Notes: generated from the letters alone by a model not told the origin. Positions 9,954 to 20,907 are shown, numbered from the stretch's first letter. The stretch is 64,000 nt of DNA from a bacterium (GCA_037200965.1 JBBCGK010000001.1:433992-497991); one strand, 5' to 3'. Made by a program: numbers and translations.

Positions 9954-11324
9954 TCACCATGAGCTTACGCGAAACAGCATCCTTTTGATAGTCTTGAGCG
10001 CGATAACGATGTCGAGCCCGAGCGAGCGGTATTTGAGGTAGTAGAAGTCGTAAGCGAGGCGGGTTTTGGTCTCTTCTATGGATTGCGGGCTGATGCTTCC
10101 CTGCTCGTACTGCTGGTTGATCTGCGCCCAGCCCGTGATGCCGGGCTTCACGATATAGCGGGCGTCGTAGTACGGAATAGCTTCGGAGAGACGCTTGCCG
10201 AGCCCTTCGATATCGCTTCGGGGGCCGATGAGCGAGATTTCGCCCCGAAGGACGTTGAGCCATTGCGGAAACTCGTCAAGCGACGTCACGCGAAGGAAGC
10301 TGCCGACGCGTGTGACCCGGTTCTCCCCTTCCGTCGTCCATTCGCCGGAACTTGCGAGATTCTTGGTCATGCTCCGGAACTTGCGCGCGGCGACCGGCCT
10401 TCCGCACTCCCCTATGCGGACCTGTTCGATGAATACGGGACCGGGACCTTCGAGTTTCTGCGCGAAATACACGAAGGGCGTAGCGAGCGCGGTTACGAGG
10501 CCCATCACGAGGCCCCCGATGATATCGATTGCGCGCTTGGCGGCCATATACGCAAGCGACGGATTCGCGGAAACGTGCTTGAGGAACCATTCGTGCTTCA
10601 TAAGCGAGAGCGGGATGCGGTCGAAGACCTCTTCGTATACCTGCGTGAATTCGGCAAACTGGTAGGTGCGCCTGAAGCAGGACAGGTGATAGATGAGCGG
10701 CAGGAGGCCCTTGGCAACGGGGTGCTCGGTATCGACGACGAGCATCCCCACGTTCGCTTTCTCGAACTCCGCTTCAAGCGCTGCGGCATCAAGGTCCGCG
10801 AACTCCTCCGGGGTGCGGACAAGCGCGAATTCGAGATGATAGCGGGAATTCCCGTTGACTTCCCGCACAAGCTCGTCCGCTTCCGCGCCGCTTGCGATGA
10901 GCGCCGCGCGAAAACGAACGCGGCGGCTGGTCAGTTTCGGATAGAGCGCAAGGCGCCAGAGGAAGATAAGCCCGAGCGAGATGACGAGATACAGAACGAG
11001 ATTGGTTTTCGGGGCGATGCCGACGCCGGGCACGAGAAAGAAGAAGAGTGCGGCGAGCACGATGTTGAATACCTGCGTCTTGAGGAGCGCATCAGCCAGC
11101 CGGCTCTTGAAGAGGATTACCCGCTTGCCATAGAGGCCCGAGAGATAGAAAACGAGGATCCATAGCGCGAACAGGAGCGCGAATACCGGGAAGTGAGCGC
11201 CGAACGTCTCGCGGCTCGGGAGTTCCCCGTAGCGAAGGAGAAGGGTAAGCCAAAGCGCCGCCACGAAGGCGGCAATATCGCCGAGAAACAGGAGCGCGGC
11301 TCCCCTTTTGCCACCGTGAGTCAT
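9954..11324 (-). CDS. Polyprenyl-phosphate sugar phosphotransferase (WbaP/bacterial sugar transferase family)
   Basis: N-terminal TM helices; C-terminal ...AIDIIGGLV...KFRSM...DEFPQWLNVLRGEISLIGPR sugar-transferase signature. Confidence 0.8.
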   Translation of the reverse strand: MTHGGKRGAALLFLGDIAAFVAALWLTLLLRYGELPSRETFGAHFPVFALLFALWILVFYLSGLYGKRVILFKSRLADALLKTQVFNIVLAALFFFLVPGVGIAPKTNLVLYLVISLGLIFLWRLALYPKLTSRRVRFRAALIASGAEADELVREVNGNSRYHLEFALVRTPEEFADLDAAALEAEFEKANVGMLVVDTEHPVAKGLLPLIYHLSCFRRTYQFAEFTQVYEEVFDRIPLSLMKHEWFLKHVSANPSLAYMAAKRAIDIIGGLVMGLVTALATPFVYFAQKLEGPGPVFIEQVRIGECGRPVAARKFRSMTKNLASSGEWTTEGENRVTRVGSFLRVTSLDEFPQWLNVLRGEISLIGPRSDIEGLGKRLSEAIPYYDARYIVKPGITGWAQINQQYEQGSISPQSIEETKTRLAYDFYYLKYRSLGLDIVIALKTIKRMLFRVSSW

Positions 11325-11359
11325 CGGATACGGTTATACTATAGAACATCTACAGCCGC

Positions 11360-12490
11360 ATGGAAGTTACGCCCCCGCACAAGATTCTCTACGTCATCAC
11401 CAAGGCAAACTGGGGCGGCGCGCAGAAATACGTCTTCGACCTCGCGCTTGAGGCGAAAAAACGCGGGTACGATGCGGCGGTCGCGTACGGCGAGGAGGGG
11501 CTCCTGGCAAAAAAACTCGCGGAGGCGGGCGTGCGGACGATGCGCGTCGCGGCGCTTCGCCGCGACGTATTGGGGCTCGGGGAGTTCAAGGCGGCGGCGG
11601 AGCTGTGGCGTTTGTTTCGGGAGGAACGTCCGGACATCGTGCACCTTAACAGCTCGAAAGCGGGGTTTATAGGCACGCTCGCGGCGCGGATGGCCCGCGT
11701 GCCGCGCATAGTCTTCACGGCGCACGGATGGGCCTTCAACGAACCGCGCCGGAAGTTCGAGAAGAACCTTTTCGGCATCCTCCACCACCTCACCATTCTC
11801 GGGACGCACCGGACGATCTGCAATTCGGAAGCCACGTACCGGGACGTTGCGTGCATGCCGGGCGCCCGGGGAAGGCTTGTCGTGATATATAACGGGGTCG
11901 AACCGGTGGAACTGCACGGGCGGGCGGCGGCGCGCGCGAAGCTTGCCCCCGGTCTTAAGGCTACATTCTGGCTCGGTACGCTTGCGGAACTCCATCGCGT
12001 GAAGGGCCTTGATGTCGCGCTCAGGGCGTTCTCGAAGATCGCGGAGCGCTTCCCCGACATGGCGCTTGTGCTTATGGGAAGCGGCGAGGAACGCGCGCAT
12101 CTCACCGCCCTTGCGCACTGGCTTGGCATCGAGAAGCGCGTCTTTTTTTGCGGACATGTGGAAAACGCGGCGGGCTATCTCCCGGCGTTCGATCTGTTTC
12201 TCCTTCCGTCGCGCTCCGAAAGCTTCGGGTACGTGGTGGCCGAAGCGGGGCTTGCGAGGGTGCCCGTGATCGCAAGCAGCGTGGGCGGCGTGCCGGAGCT
12301 TATCGAACACAAGGTGACAGGGCTGTTGGTACCTCCGGACGATGCCGATGCGCTCGCGCAGGCGATAGCAGACCTGCGGGAAGATCCCGCGCTTGCCGCC
12401 GGACTTGCCGGGAAGTTCTTCGAGCGCGTGCACAGGGATTTCTCAAAACAGAAATCGCTTGACGAGACATTCGCGCTTTACGGCCTTTAG
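11360..12490 (+). CDS. Glycosyltransferase family 4 (GT-B)
   Basis: C-terminal ...PSRSESFGYVVAEAGLARVPVIASSVGGVPE... EX7E-like GT4 motif. Confidence 0.8.
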   Translation: MEVTPPHKILYVITKANWGGAQKYVFDLALEAKKRGYDAAVAYGEEGLLAKKLAEAGVRTMRVAALRRDVLGLGEFKAAAELWRLFREERPDIVHLNSSKAGFIGTLAARMARVPRIVFTAHGWAFNEPRRKFEKNLFGILHHLTILGTHRTICNSEATYRDVACMPGARGRLVVIYNGVEPVELHGRAAARAKLAPGLKATFWLGTLAELHRVKGLDVALRAFSKIAERFPDMALVLMGSGEERAHLTALAHWLGIEKRVFFCGHVENAAGYLPAFDLFLLPSRSESFGYVVAEAGLARVPVIASSVGGVPELIEHKVTGLLVPPDDADALAQAIADLREDPALAAGLAGKFFERVHRDFSKQKSLDETFALYGL

Positions 12491-13623
12491 CCTATATATT
12501 CCTGGCCCGCGAGCGAACGCGAGACGCTCCTGCCGTGCCGGGCAAGCGATGAGACGATGCCAAGCGCCGCGAATTCCATAAGGAGATGCGACCCGCCGGA
12601 GCTCATGAACGGTATCGTCGTGCCGGTAACCGGCAGGAGTCCCAGGTTGATCCCCGCGTGTATGAAAAGGTGCGCCATAAGGACGAGGGCGACGCCAAGC
12701 GTGAAGAACGCGTCGAAATTGGTCGCCGCGCGCTTCGCGATATCGATGAGGCGGGCGAGCAGGAGGCCGTAGAGAAGCAGGAGAAGGAGAACGCCGACGA
12801 AGCCCCACTCTTCGGCGAACGCGGCGAACACGAAGTCCGTCTCGTATTCCGGAAGGAACCGGAGCTTCGACTGCGTGCCGTATCCGATTCCCTTCCCGAG
12901 CCACTCCCCGGAGCCCACGGCGACCGTCGCCTGATAGGCGTTATAGCCCGCGCCGCGGATGTCGGCCGCGGGATTGAGGAAGGCGACAATGCGCGTCCGC
13001 TGATAGTCGTGAAGGCCAAGGGACCAGAACCCCGCCGCGGCGACGATGCCCGCAAGCGCGACGAGCGCCAGATGCTTTTTCGAGATGCCGGAAACGAGCA
13101 TCATGCCAAGCCATACGGCGGAAAGTATCACGGCGGTCCCGAGATCGGGCTGCACGAGGACCAGAAGAATCAGGGCGGCCGCATAGAGGCCGGAAATGAT
13201 GACGTGCTTCAGCTGCGCGATGTCGACGTGCCGGCGAGAGAGGTATTTCGACAAAAGCATTACGAGCGCGAGCTTCGCGAAATCGGCGGGCTGGAACGAA
13301 AAGCCGCCAAGAAGAAACCAGCTTTTCGCCCCCATTACCTTATGCGCGACAAGGAGGAGGAGCGCGAGGAGCGCGACCGCAAGCGCGTACGCCGCGAACA
13401 CGACCTCCTTGCGCCTCAGGAACCGCAAATCAAGCGAGGAAAGGGCGAAATACGCGAATACCGCGAGGACGAGCCACTCAAGCTGGCGCGGCGCGAGGCT
13501 TGCGCCCACGCCGAACGTATTCATGGTAAGGACGCCAAGCAGCGTGAGCGTTATGGCCGGAAGGATGAGGAGCCAGTCGAACCGGCGGGGGAAGCCCTCG
13601 GCCTTCGAAAACAGTTCCCTCAT
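12487..13623 (-). CDS. SEDS family peptidoglycan glycosyltransferase (FtsW/RodA)
   Basis: ~10 TM helices; conserved ...FAEEWGFVG... and ...PVTGTTIPFMSSGGSHLL... motifs. Confidence 0.85.
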   Translation of the reverse strand: MRELFSKAEGFPRRFDWLLILPAITLTLLGVLTMNTFGVGASLAPRQLEWLVLAVFAYFALSSLDLRFLRRKEVVFAAYALAVALLALLLLVAHKVMGAKSWFLLGGFSFQPADFAKLALVMLLSKYLSRRHVDIAQLKHVIISGLYAAALILLVLVQPDLGTAVILSAVWLGMMLVSGISKKHLALVALAGIVAAAGFWSLGLHDYQRTRIVAFLNPAADIRGAGYNAYQATVAVGSGEWLGKGIGYGTQSKLRFLPEYETDFVFAAFAEEWGFVGVLLLLLLYGLLLARLIDIAKRAATNFDAFFTLGVALVLMAHLFIHAGINLGLLPVTGTTIPFMSSGGSHLLMEFAALGIVSSLARHGRSVSRSLAGQEYIG

Positions 13624-14411
13624 CGCGGGAGCATAATGACGGGCTTGACCTCAATGCGGGCTACCGGGGCCGGGAAGGCCGCGTTCCAGGTGAAGATCGC
13701 AGAAGCGCTACCCTGCGGCTGGATCGCTTCGAGCACGGTCTGCGAGGCGCCGACCGCGTTTCCGGATGCGTCGAATACCGTCGCGACGACTTTCGTATTG
13801 TAAAGCGGCTCAACGTCGTCGTTTTGGAGAACGGCAGTGATGCGGGGCGCATCCGGCGTGCCGCCAAGCTCCGCGCTCCTTGCTTTCGGAAGTACGCGCG
13901 TCTCCCGATAGCTTTCCCACAGGACGGAATCCTGATCGAACGTAAGAAACACCCGAACGACCTGCTGGTTGCCGGAAAAGAAATTCGGCACGTAGACCGG
14001 GACGACCGACTTCGGCGGGAGGTCAACCGTACCGTTCGAGCTCGCGATGATCACATTCCCCGCTCCGTAGAGATCGATGCGATACGGGGCGCTGCGGGCG
14101 GCAGCGGATGGATTCTGATTCTCGACGTACGCGATCACATCGGTACGGCCCGCGCGAGGCGAGAGCGCCCTGACGAATTGCACCACCGGAGCTTCGGTCT
14201 TGACCGCACAAAGGTACGGACAGGGTCCGCCGCAGTCCACGCCTTCTTCGCCCTGGTTCTGCTTCGTGTCGGTACATGAAGGCGCCCTATACACCGCGGC
14301 AAACAGAATGGCCGCCGCGAGCACAGCCGCAAGGGCGATAAGCCCCCCGAGTATCCAGAATCTTCGTCGCGCTGCCCAGGACATATCTCTAGTATAAACG
14401 AATGCAGCCAA
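13620..14411 (-). CDS. Hypothetical membrane-anchored protein (possible start at 14384)
   Basis: Single N-terminal TM then Cys-containing extracellular domain; no known motif. Confidence 0.45.
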   Translation of the reverse strand: MAAFVYTRDMSWAARRRFWILGGLIALAAVLAAAILFAAVYRAPSCTDTKQNQGEEGVDCGGPCPYLCAVKTEAPVVQFVRALSPRAGRTDVIAYVENQNPSAAARSAPYRIDLYGAGNVIIASSNGTVDLPPKSVVPVYVPNFFSGNQQVVRVFLTFDQDSVLWESYRETRVLPKARSAELGGTPDAPRITAVLQNDDVEPLYNTKVVATVFDASGNAVGASQTVLEAIQPQGSASAIFTWNAAFPAPVARIEVKPVIMLPR

Positions 14412-14747
14412 CTCAACGAGTCGGCCGCAAACTCACCTTATGATCTCTTATCGTCTGAAAAGCACGCGGTCGACCGAAGCTTGGAATCGGCGTTTGCAGA
14501 AAGCGCATCCGCTTCCCGCGAACATATGTTCGTAGATAGCAGCAAGCGATGCATGCGGGTCCGCCGACGCTCCTAAACAGGTAGCGTAGGTGCCCACAAA
14601 AGGAACTTCCCATTCATCAATTGCCGCGATGTGCGGATATTTGTTCGCTAACGCCAAAACTTCTGCCGATTCTTGTCCCGAAGTTCTCATGGGCCTTACT
14701 CCTTCTCTCCTTTACCGGGAACTCGTAAATACGGTGCAAGGTTACGA

Positions 14748-14868
14748 AAACACGCCCGCAGTGCTGGCGACTACCTACTCTCCCCCTTGCGGAGTACCAT
14801 CGGTTCAAGAGGGCTTGACTGCCGAGTTCGGAATGAGATCGGGTATGACCCCTCCGACAAATCACCAG
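14748..14868 (-). rRNA. rrf: 5S rRNA
   Basis: Reverse-complement resembles 5S (…ctacctactctccc…accatcgg…gagttcggaatg…). It lies ~80 nt downstream of the 23S 3' end. Confidence 0.7.
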
Positions 14869-15262
14869 CACCGCGGGCGCGTTTTATAAAACGGCACGCA
14901 CGATGCAAACGAGATACGTATAGATGGAAAATGCGAGCGCGCGCAGATTGTGGCACGCAGAGTTCCGCACAGTAGACTCGGCATATTAGTATTCCTCCGC
15001 TCCGGCAATTGCTTGCCTTCCACGTAGAACCTATCAACCTGGTAATCTCCCAGGTGCCTGATAACGATTTCTAATCTTGGAGCACGCTTCCCGCTTATAT
15101 GCTTTCAGCGGTTATCGCAACCCGACATAGCTACCCAGCGGTGCCCTTGGCAGGACAGCTGGCAGACCAGAGGTCAGTTCATCCCGGTCCTCTCGTACTA
15201 GGGACGACCCTCCTCAAAAATCAACGCCTGTAGTAGATAGGAGACCAACCTGTCTCACGCAT

Positions 15263-15945
15263 GTTCTCACGCATTACTGCGTGCATCGGACTGTAACTTC
15301 ATCGGTTCTCGATGTTCAACGTTCAGTCTCTACGGGCGATATACCTCCGTATCCGCTTCTTGGAGTAGTTCAGTTCTCCGAAAGCGTTTACGAGTTCGAG
15401 CAATTTCTTGAATGCTGCCTGATTCTGTTCGCGCTTCTTGCAGTCCAGGACCTTCTTCAGGAGAGCGATCTGTTTCTTCTTCAACCGAACGAAAGGTTCG
15501 ACGAGTCGGATCATCTCTTCTAAGTCGTCAAGACGCTGCACCGTGTACTCGCACACGCCATCCTTGCGTTCCCGAAGGGAACCGAACGGCATAAGCGTAC
15601 ACATCTTCTCGAAAGAATCCTTCGACTTGGCGGACTGGAAGAACACTATCGCTGGTGCAATCTGGTATCCGAACCGATAGGTTGAATTAGGTTTTGCACG
15701 AACGTAGATGCTTCCATCCCCATCGAGGAATCCTGCGAGATAAGCCCTGTCAGTGTCAGATAGGCGAATTTGCTTCATATCTTCCCTCGGTATTATCCTA
15801 CCATATGACAGGTTAGGACTTCACCGATATAAGTTGAATTGTCGTACTGCATTCCTGCAATACGCCGCCGTGATCATGTCTTCTGCCTCGGGGCTCAGAC
15901 CGTTCAGTGGCCGATGCTTTCATCTAGCCGCTGAACGGTCTGAAC
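15263..15945 (-). mobile_element. Intron in 23S at the L2593-equivalent site (I-CreI site)
   Basis: The exon block ...gatagggaccaacctgtctcacg is followed by non-rRNA sequence. The exon resumes at acgtaacattttaa... (~15950). Confidence 0.75.
15323..15778 (-). CDS. LAGLIDADG homing endonuclease, single-motif (I-CreI-like, 151 aa)
   Basis: [11 protein letters not shown] motif; size and insertion site match the I-CreI family. Confidence 0.85.
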   Translation of the reverse strand: MKQIRLSDTDRAYLAGFLDGDGSIYVRAKPNSTYRFGYQIAPAIVFFQSAKSKDSFEKMCTLMPFGSLRERKDGVCEYTVQRLDDLEEMIRLVEPFVRLKKKQIALLKKVLDCKKREQNQAAFKKLLELVNAFGELNYSKKRIRRYIARRD

Positions 15946-16262
15946 CCAACTCACGTAACATTTTAATTGGCGAACAGCCAAACGCTTGGGACCTTCTCCA
16001 GCCCCGCGCTATGTTGAGTCGACATCGAGGTGCCGAACTCCGCCGTCGCTATGGACGCTTGGGCGGAACTAGCCTGTTATCCCCAGAGTAACTTTTATCC
16101 GTTGAGCTCTGGCCGCATCTAAGGCGTACCATCGGATCACTATGCTCTGCTTTCGCATCTGCTCGGGATGTACCCCTTGCAGTTAAGCTCTCTTATGCCA
16201 TTACACTATCGGCACGGTTTCCATTCGCGCCTAGAGAACCTTAATAGACTCCTCCGTTACTT

Positions 16263-16548
16263 TTTAGGCGTGTGGTACTCAATCGCTTGAGCGCGCGATC
16301 ACGGAATCGCACCTCTATGTCGCCATAGAGATCGGACTATATCTTCATCACCTTGCGGTGAGATCGGCGTGTAGTCTCTGAGGGTTCTCTTACGAGTCTT
16401 CCCTGCTGATTGTCCGCACCGGACGGATTTTCACTCTTTCGAGTACCGCCGGATACCCGGATGTTCCAGCATTTGGCCGATTTGCTTGTACCGGTTGCCC
16501 GGCACAGTCCCCCTTTTTTATATTTATCGGTTTTCGGATGATGGTCGA
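16263..16548 (-). mobile_element. ORF-less intron in 23S at the L2449-equivalent site
   Basis: ~290-nt insertion between exon blocks ...ctcctccgttactttttagg and gaggatagcgccccaccaaaactgcc. Carries the atcggactatatcttcatcacc...ggcgtgtagtctctgagggt core shared with the 16S intron. Confidence 0.65.
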
Positions 16549-16912
16549 ACGGGCGCCGCTTTCGAGGATAGCGCCCCACCAAAACTGCCTACCACGCACG
16601 GTCCCGAGGAGGATCCCTCCTCGGTTAGGAACTGCACAATTCAAGAGTGGTATTTCACTGACGAGTCCACGGGAGCCGAAACCCCCGCTTCAACCTCTCC
16701 CACCTATGCTACGCAGGAATCACGCAGCCCCAATACGAAGCTGCAGTAAAGCTTCTGGGGTCTTTTCGTCTAACTACAGGTAACCGGCATCTTCACCGGT
16801 AATGCATTTTCACCGAGCGAGTCCTCGAGACAGTTCCCCAGTCATTACGCCATTCGTGCACGTCGGAATTTACCCGACAAGGAATTGCGCTCTTCTATTC
16901 CTCTACGAAGGA

Positions 16913-17860
16913 CCATTTCTTCACCCCCGAAGGGGTGCGCGGCGTATGGCCTCTCTTGTGAGCCGCGGATCTGCTATGCGTTGCCGCATAACGAGGTAGC
17001 TTGTCATGACGTAATCTTTCGAACTGTTTACGGTCTCCTACAATCGTCCCAATCCGTTCCGCGCTCGATCGCTCGAACGCGGAACCTTAGGCATATCTCC
17101 TTCCTGTCGCCAGGAGGTTGGACTTTATCATCTCGCGTCTCAAGCGAGTCCGACGTAAAGTCTCTGAGGATTCATGTGTTCAATTACTAATCCGGGAGCG
17201 TCGCGAGCATCTCTTGTAGAGCGTGCTTGCGGCCCTTTCCTTGTTGATTCATCGAGTATGCGAGTGTTGCTATCCTCACAAACCCTTCCTTCGTCCAGTG
17301 CTCCCGCTTCTCCATTGCCGCGACGATCTCCTTGAAGATCACGAATGTCTCGGCTTTGACGAGAAGCGGGTATCGCTCGAAGAACGGTATAACCCGCTCG
17401 ACGATTGAACGTCTCGAATCGATGCTGAAGTTGAGGACGGGATGAGTTCCGGATTTTCGATATATCGACCCTGTCCCGAAGGTTTCCTTCATGAGTTCAA
17501 GCACCTCGCGGTGCTTCTCATGCTGGTATACCTGGAAACAAGGATTGATCATCCATCCGAACTTTTGGGTCGGATGCTTGATGATCGATACCGAGAAGCT
17601 TCCCTCTCCGTCCACGAATCCTGCTACATAGTAGTTGCGCTGATGTCGCTTGCCACGGAAGTAGCTCATGACATCAGCCGAGTTATTCAGTCTCATGGCT
17701 AAGTTTGTTAGTTGTGAGACGAACACATGTCTTTCCTGCTGATTGACTGCACCGCGCGCATTGTTACCTGCTCGGTAGCGGCGGATACACCAGTTATTCC
17801 AGCATTTGGTCGGATTTTATAATCGCCCGACTTTTGACCTACTTGCGCAGGTTTGTAGGG
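16913..17860 (-). mobile_element. Intron in 23S at the L1917-equivalent site
   Basis: The exon block ...cccgacaaggaattgcgct...ggacc is interrupted. The exon resumes at gattatagttatcgccgacattcacc (~17863). Confidence 0.75.
17187..17726 (-). CDS. LAGLIDADG homing endonuclease (179 aa), intron-encoded
   Basis: VAGFVDGEGSF motif. Confidence 0.85.
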   Translation of the reverse strand: MFVSQLTNLAMRLNNSADVMSYFRGKRHQRNYYVAGFVDGEGSFSVSIIKHPTQKFGWMINPCFQVYQHEKHREVLELMKETFGTGSIYRKSGTHPVLNFSIDSRRSIVERVIPFFERYPLLVKAETFVIFKEIVAAMEKREHWTKEGFVRIATLAYSMNQQGKGRKHALQEMLATLPD

Positions 17861-18059
17861 TCCACGATTATAGTTATCGCCGACATTCACCAGGGCATAT
17901 ACAGCCCAGCACTATATCCGAAGACATAGCACCCTCCGTACTTAACCTTCTGGCATCGGTCAGGCGTCACCCCCTATACATCCTCTTACGAGTTCGCAGG
18001 GAGCTGTGTTTTTGGTAAACAGTTGCCAGGGAATCTTTCGCTGCGGCCCGCGCACCACT

Positions 18060-18405
18060 TTAGCCTCAACTCTTTTGGAAGGAGCGGAAACTAAAGTACT
18101 CGACGATCAAGACATGTTGTGAATCCGGATATCCGTTCCGATCTTCGTGGAATTATCCACAAAGAAAAGTCGGGGGCGTCTCCGTTCTACAACGTCATCC
18201 ATCAGCTGGCCCAGGTCTTCCGGGCCGCAGATGTATTTCTGATCATCGTTCACGAACTCTAACGTGCACTCGGAAGCACTCGGATAACGATACTTGAACG
18301 ACCTCAACTCTCTGGTCGTGAGCATCGTATACAGTACTTCGAGGTCAAGTTTTGTTCTTTGCTGCGTCATTTTGCTCTCCATATGTTGAGGACAAAGTGG
18401 TGCGC
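18060..18405 (-). mobile_element. Possible additional 23S insertion (intron or expansion) at E. coli ~1700
   Basis: ~345 nt with no rRNA similarity, between ...ctgcggcccgcgcacc and its complement ggtgcgcgggcaggccttatcgctaacttacgg. Confidence 0.45.
18107..18382 (-). CDS. Hypothetical intron-borne ORF (92 aa from MESKM...), not LAGLIDADG
   Basis: Same strand as the rRNA and fills the insertion; no recognisable motif. Confidence 0.3.
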   Translation of the reverse strand: MESKMTQQRTKLDLEVLYTMLTTRELRSFKYRYPSASECTLEFVNDDQKYICGPEDLGQLMDDVVERRRPRLFFVDNSTKIGTDIRIHNMS

Positions 18406-19651
18406 GGGCAGGCCTTATCGCTAACTTACGGCCGCTTTTTTGCCGAGTTCCTTGAGGACCTCTCACTCGTTCGTCTTGGTCTTCTCGACCTGACCACCTG
18501 TGTCGGTTTACGGTACGGTCGTCGCACATTAAGCTTAGAAGTTTTTCTTGGAACCGCGCTCTCTACTCTCCGCTCCCCCGTGGGAGAACGTTGCGGCTAC
18601 GCTCGGAATAGCGCATGGCGGATTTACCTACCACACTTCCTCGCGCAACCGACCCAAATCCAATTATGGGCGGTAGATACAGCAGTCCGTCGCTCCATCG
18701 CATATGCGAACGGTCACGGAATATTAACCGTGTGTCCATCGGGTTCGGCTCTCGCCTACCCCTTAGGCCCGACTAACCCAGAGTTGATCATCATGGCTCT
18801 GGAAACCTTGGTCTTTCGACGTGCGGGGTTCTCACCCGCATTGTGGTTACTTGTACCGGCATCCTCACTTCCGTACGCTCCACGACGGGTTACCCCTTAC
18901 GCTTCAGCGCATACGGAACGCTCTCCTACCGCATACCTTTCCCGAAGGAAAGGTACACCCGCAGTTTCGGCACTACGCTTAACCCCGATCATCTTCGGCG
19001 CAGGAACCCTCGATGAGTGAGCTGTTACGCTTTCTTTAAATGGTGGCTGCTTCTAAGCCAACATCCTCATTGTCGAAGGATTCCCACTTCCTTAAGTCGT
19101 ACTGAGCGTAGATTTTGGGGCCTTAACTTGCGATCTGGGCTCTTCCCCTCTCGACCAGTGGAGCTTCGCCCCCACGGTCTAACTGCCATATTCTTGACCC
19201 TTGGTATTCGGAGGTTGATAGGGTCAACGAGATTTCTCCCTGTTTGACCCTTCCAGTGCTCTACCCCCAAGGGGAACATATGACGCCAACCCAAAAGCTG
19301 TTTCGGAGAGAACCAGCTATTACTAGATTCGATTAGCTTTTCACTCCTTACCACAAGTCATCCGAAGACGTTGTACGATCTACCGGTTCGGGCCTCCATC
19401 CGTCTTTCGACGAACTTCACCCTGCTCATGGCAAGCTCATCTAGCTTCGGGTCGTATGCATACTACAGGCGCGCTATTAACACTCGGTTTCCCTGAAGCT
19501 CCATCCGGTAAAGGATTTAGCTACGCAGCATGCATACACTCGCCGGCTCATTCTTCAATAGGCACGCTGTCACGGATACGGCTTGCGCCGTTCCGCTCCA
19601 ACCCCTTGTAAGTGCACGGTTTCAGTTCTATTTCACTCCCCTCTCGGGGTG

Positions 19652-19691
<40 letters not shown>

Positions 19692-20470
19692 CTGCGTGAT
19701 ATTTAGCCTTACCGGTTAGTTCCGGCAGATTCATTCGAGCTATTCGTGTCTCGAACTACTCAGGAACGGAAGCACAAGAGAGATCTCTATTTCGCGTACG
19801 GGGCCATTACCCTCTGGGGCGCTGCTTCCCAGCAGCTTCCGCTATAGAGACCTTTTGTAACTCCTGCCGTATAAATACGGCGCTTCCGCCCTACAACCCC
19901 GAAGATCGAAACCTTCGGTTTGGGCTCTTCCCGTTTCGCTCGCCGCTACTAAGGGAATCGCGAGAGACGTGTTCCACCCCCTCGACGAATCGAGGAGCCG
20001 GAACACGGCTCGCTGTTGTTTTCTATTCCTCCGGGTACTGAGATGTTTCACTTCCCCGGGTACGCTTCCATCCTCTGTCGAGGCGGATTCCCGATATACG
20101 GGAGGGTTTCCCCATTCGGAAATCTTCGGATCAAAGGCTATAAGCCGCCTCCCCGAAGCATATCGCTGGCTGATCGCGTCCTTCATCGCTCACGCAAGCC
20201 TAGGCATCCACCGTGCACCCTTATGTCTCCTGTGCGGAGATCTGTTCACCACAATCTGATAGCACTTGCATTTTGCTGACCGCACGGGCTTAGCCCATAC
20301 GGTTTTGCTTACCATCTATACGTATTCGTATGTCAAAGGGCGCACTATCCACGCGATTTTTCCGACTAAAAAACCGCTCAGAGGAGCGGTCGCATTTGCA
20401 TGCAAGGCCTTCCGGCCTTTATCCGCTACTCGTTGTTAGGGTTTTTCGGGTCGGTATCACGTGTAGGGAG

Positions 20471-20499
20471 AGTATAGGGGAGGGGGCAAAGGCTGTCAA
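20471..20499 (-). promoter_or_regulatory. Putative sigma70-type promoter for the 23S-5S transcript
   Basis: Minus strand reads TTGACA-N17(gcctttgccccctcccc)-TATACT about 220 nt upstream of the 23S 5' end. Confidence 0.55.
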
Positions 20500-20615
20500 C
20501 AAGGGCATGAGTGGGTGGTTTATAAGGTCCGCCCGCAGATTTGACAAGAATATAGAACTAGTCCATAGTTATATACGAAACAGTGGAGAGTCGGCCTAAA
20601 GGCCGATATGCTCAT

Positions 20616-20777
20616 ATGAAGCCAGGAGTTACGCCTCAGATGAAGGAAACAACCAGGACTGCTAAGGAGCGGCGCGAGCGGTCAAGAATTGCCATGTTGA
20701 TTGTCGGCATTCCTGTTATTTCGATCGTTCTGGCACTGATCGGGTTAGGGGTTCTTCTCTTGCATGGGCCCTTTTGA
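20616..20777 (+). CDS. Small membrane protein (53 aa), speculative
   Basis: MKPGVTPQMKETTRTAKERRERSRIAMLIVGIPVISIVLALIGLGVLLLHGPF: basic N-terminus plus one TM. A plus-strand TTGACA sits at 20543 and a terminator follows. Confidence 0.3.
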   Translation: MKPGVTPQMKETTRTAKERRERSRIAMLIVGIPVISIVLALIGLGVLLLHGPF

Positions 20778-20851
20778 CGGACTGATGTGTTGGGAGTGCG
20801 AAGCGAGCAATCGCTTCCCTCCCTGCCCATCGGTTTTTGTTTTTATAGACT

Positions 20852-20894
20852 AAAAACAAACACGCCGCGCTTCTGCGCGGCGTGTTTGTTTTAA
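20852..20894. terminator. Bidirectional rho-independent terminator
   Basis: Perfect hairpin aaacaaacacgccgcgc-ttct-gcgcggcgtgtttgttt with flanking A/T runs. Confidence 0.7.
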
Positions 20895-20907
20895 AACCCG
20901 AGAAACC

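Noticed and set aside
12586-13803. 405-aa plus-strand ORF
   Set aside because: Antisense to ftsW/rodA; no motifs.
14448-14690. 80-aa minus-strand ORF just downstream of the 5S rRNA
   Set aside because: It has no motif and lies in the rRNA 3' trailer region, so it is more likely part of the operon trailer or terminator region than a gene.
16337-19354. Multiple 60-220-aa ORFs on both strands inside the 23S gene (e.g. 16390-16644, 18352-19020, 19067-19354, 19842-20186)
   Set aside because: They overlap conserved 23S exon blocks and are chance ORFs in structured RNA.
20543-20571. Plus-strand TTGACA...TAGTTA promoter-like sequence
   Set aside because: It overlaps the 23S leader region on the opposite strand and would drive only a doubtful 53-aa ORF. 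It is kept only as a low-confidence note under that ORF.
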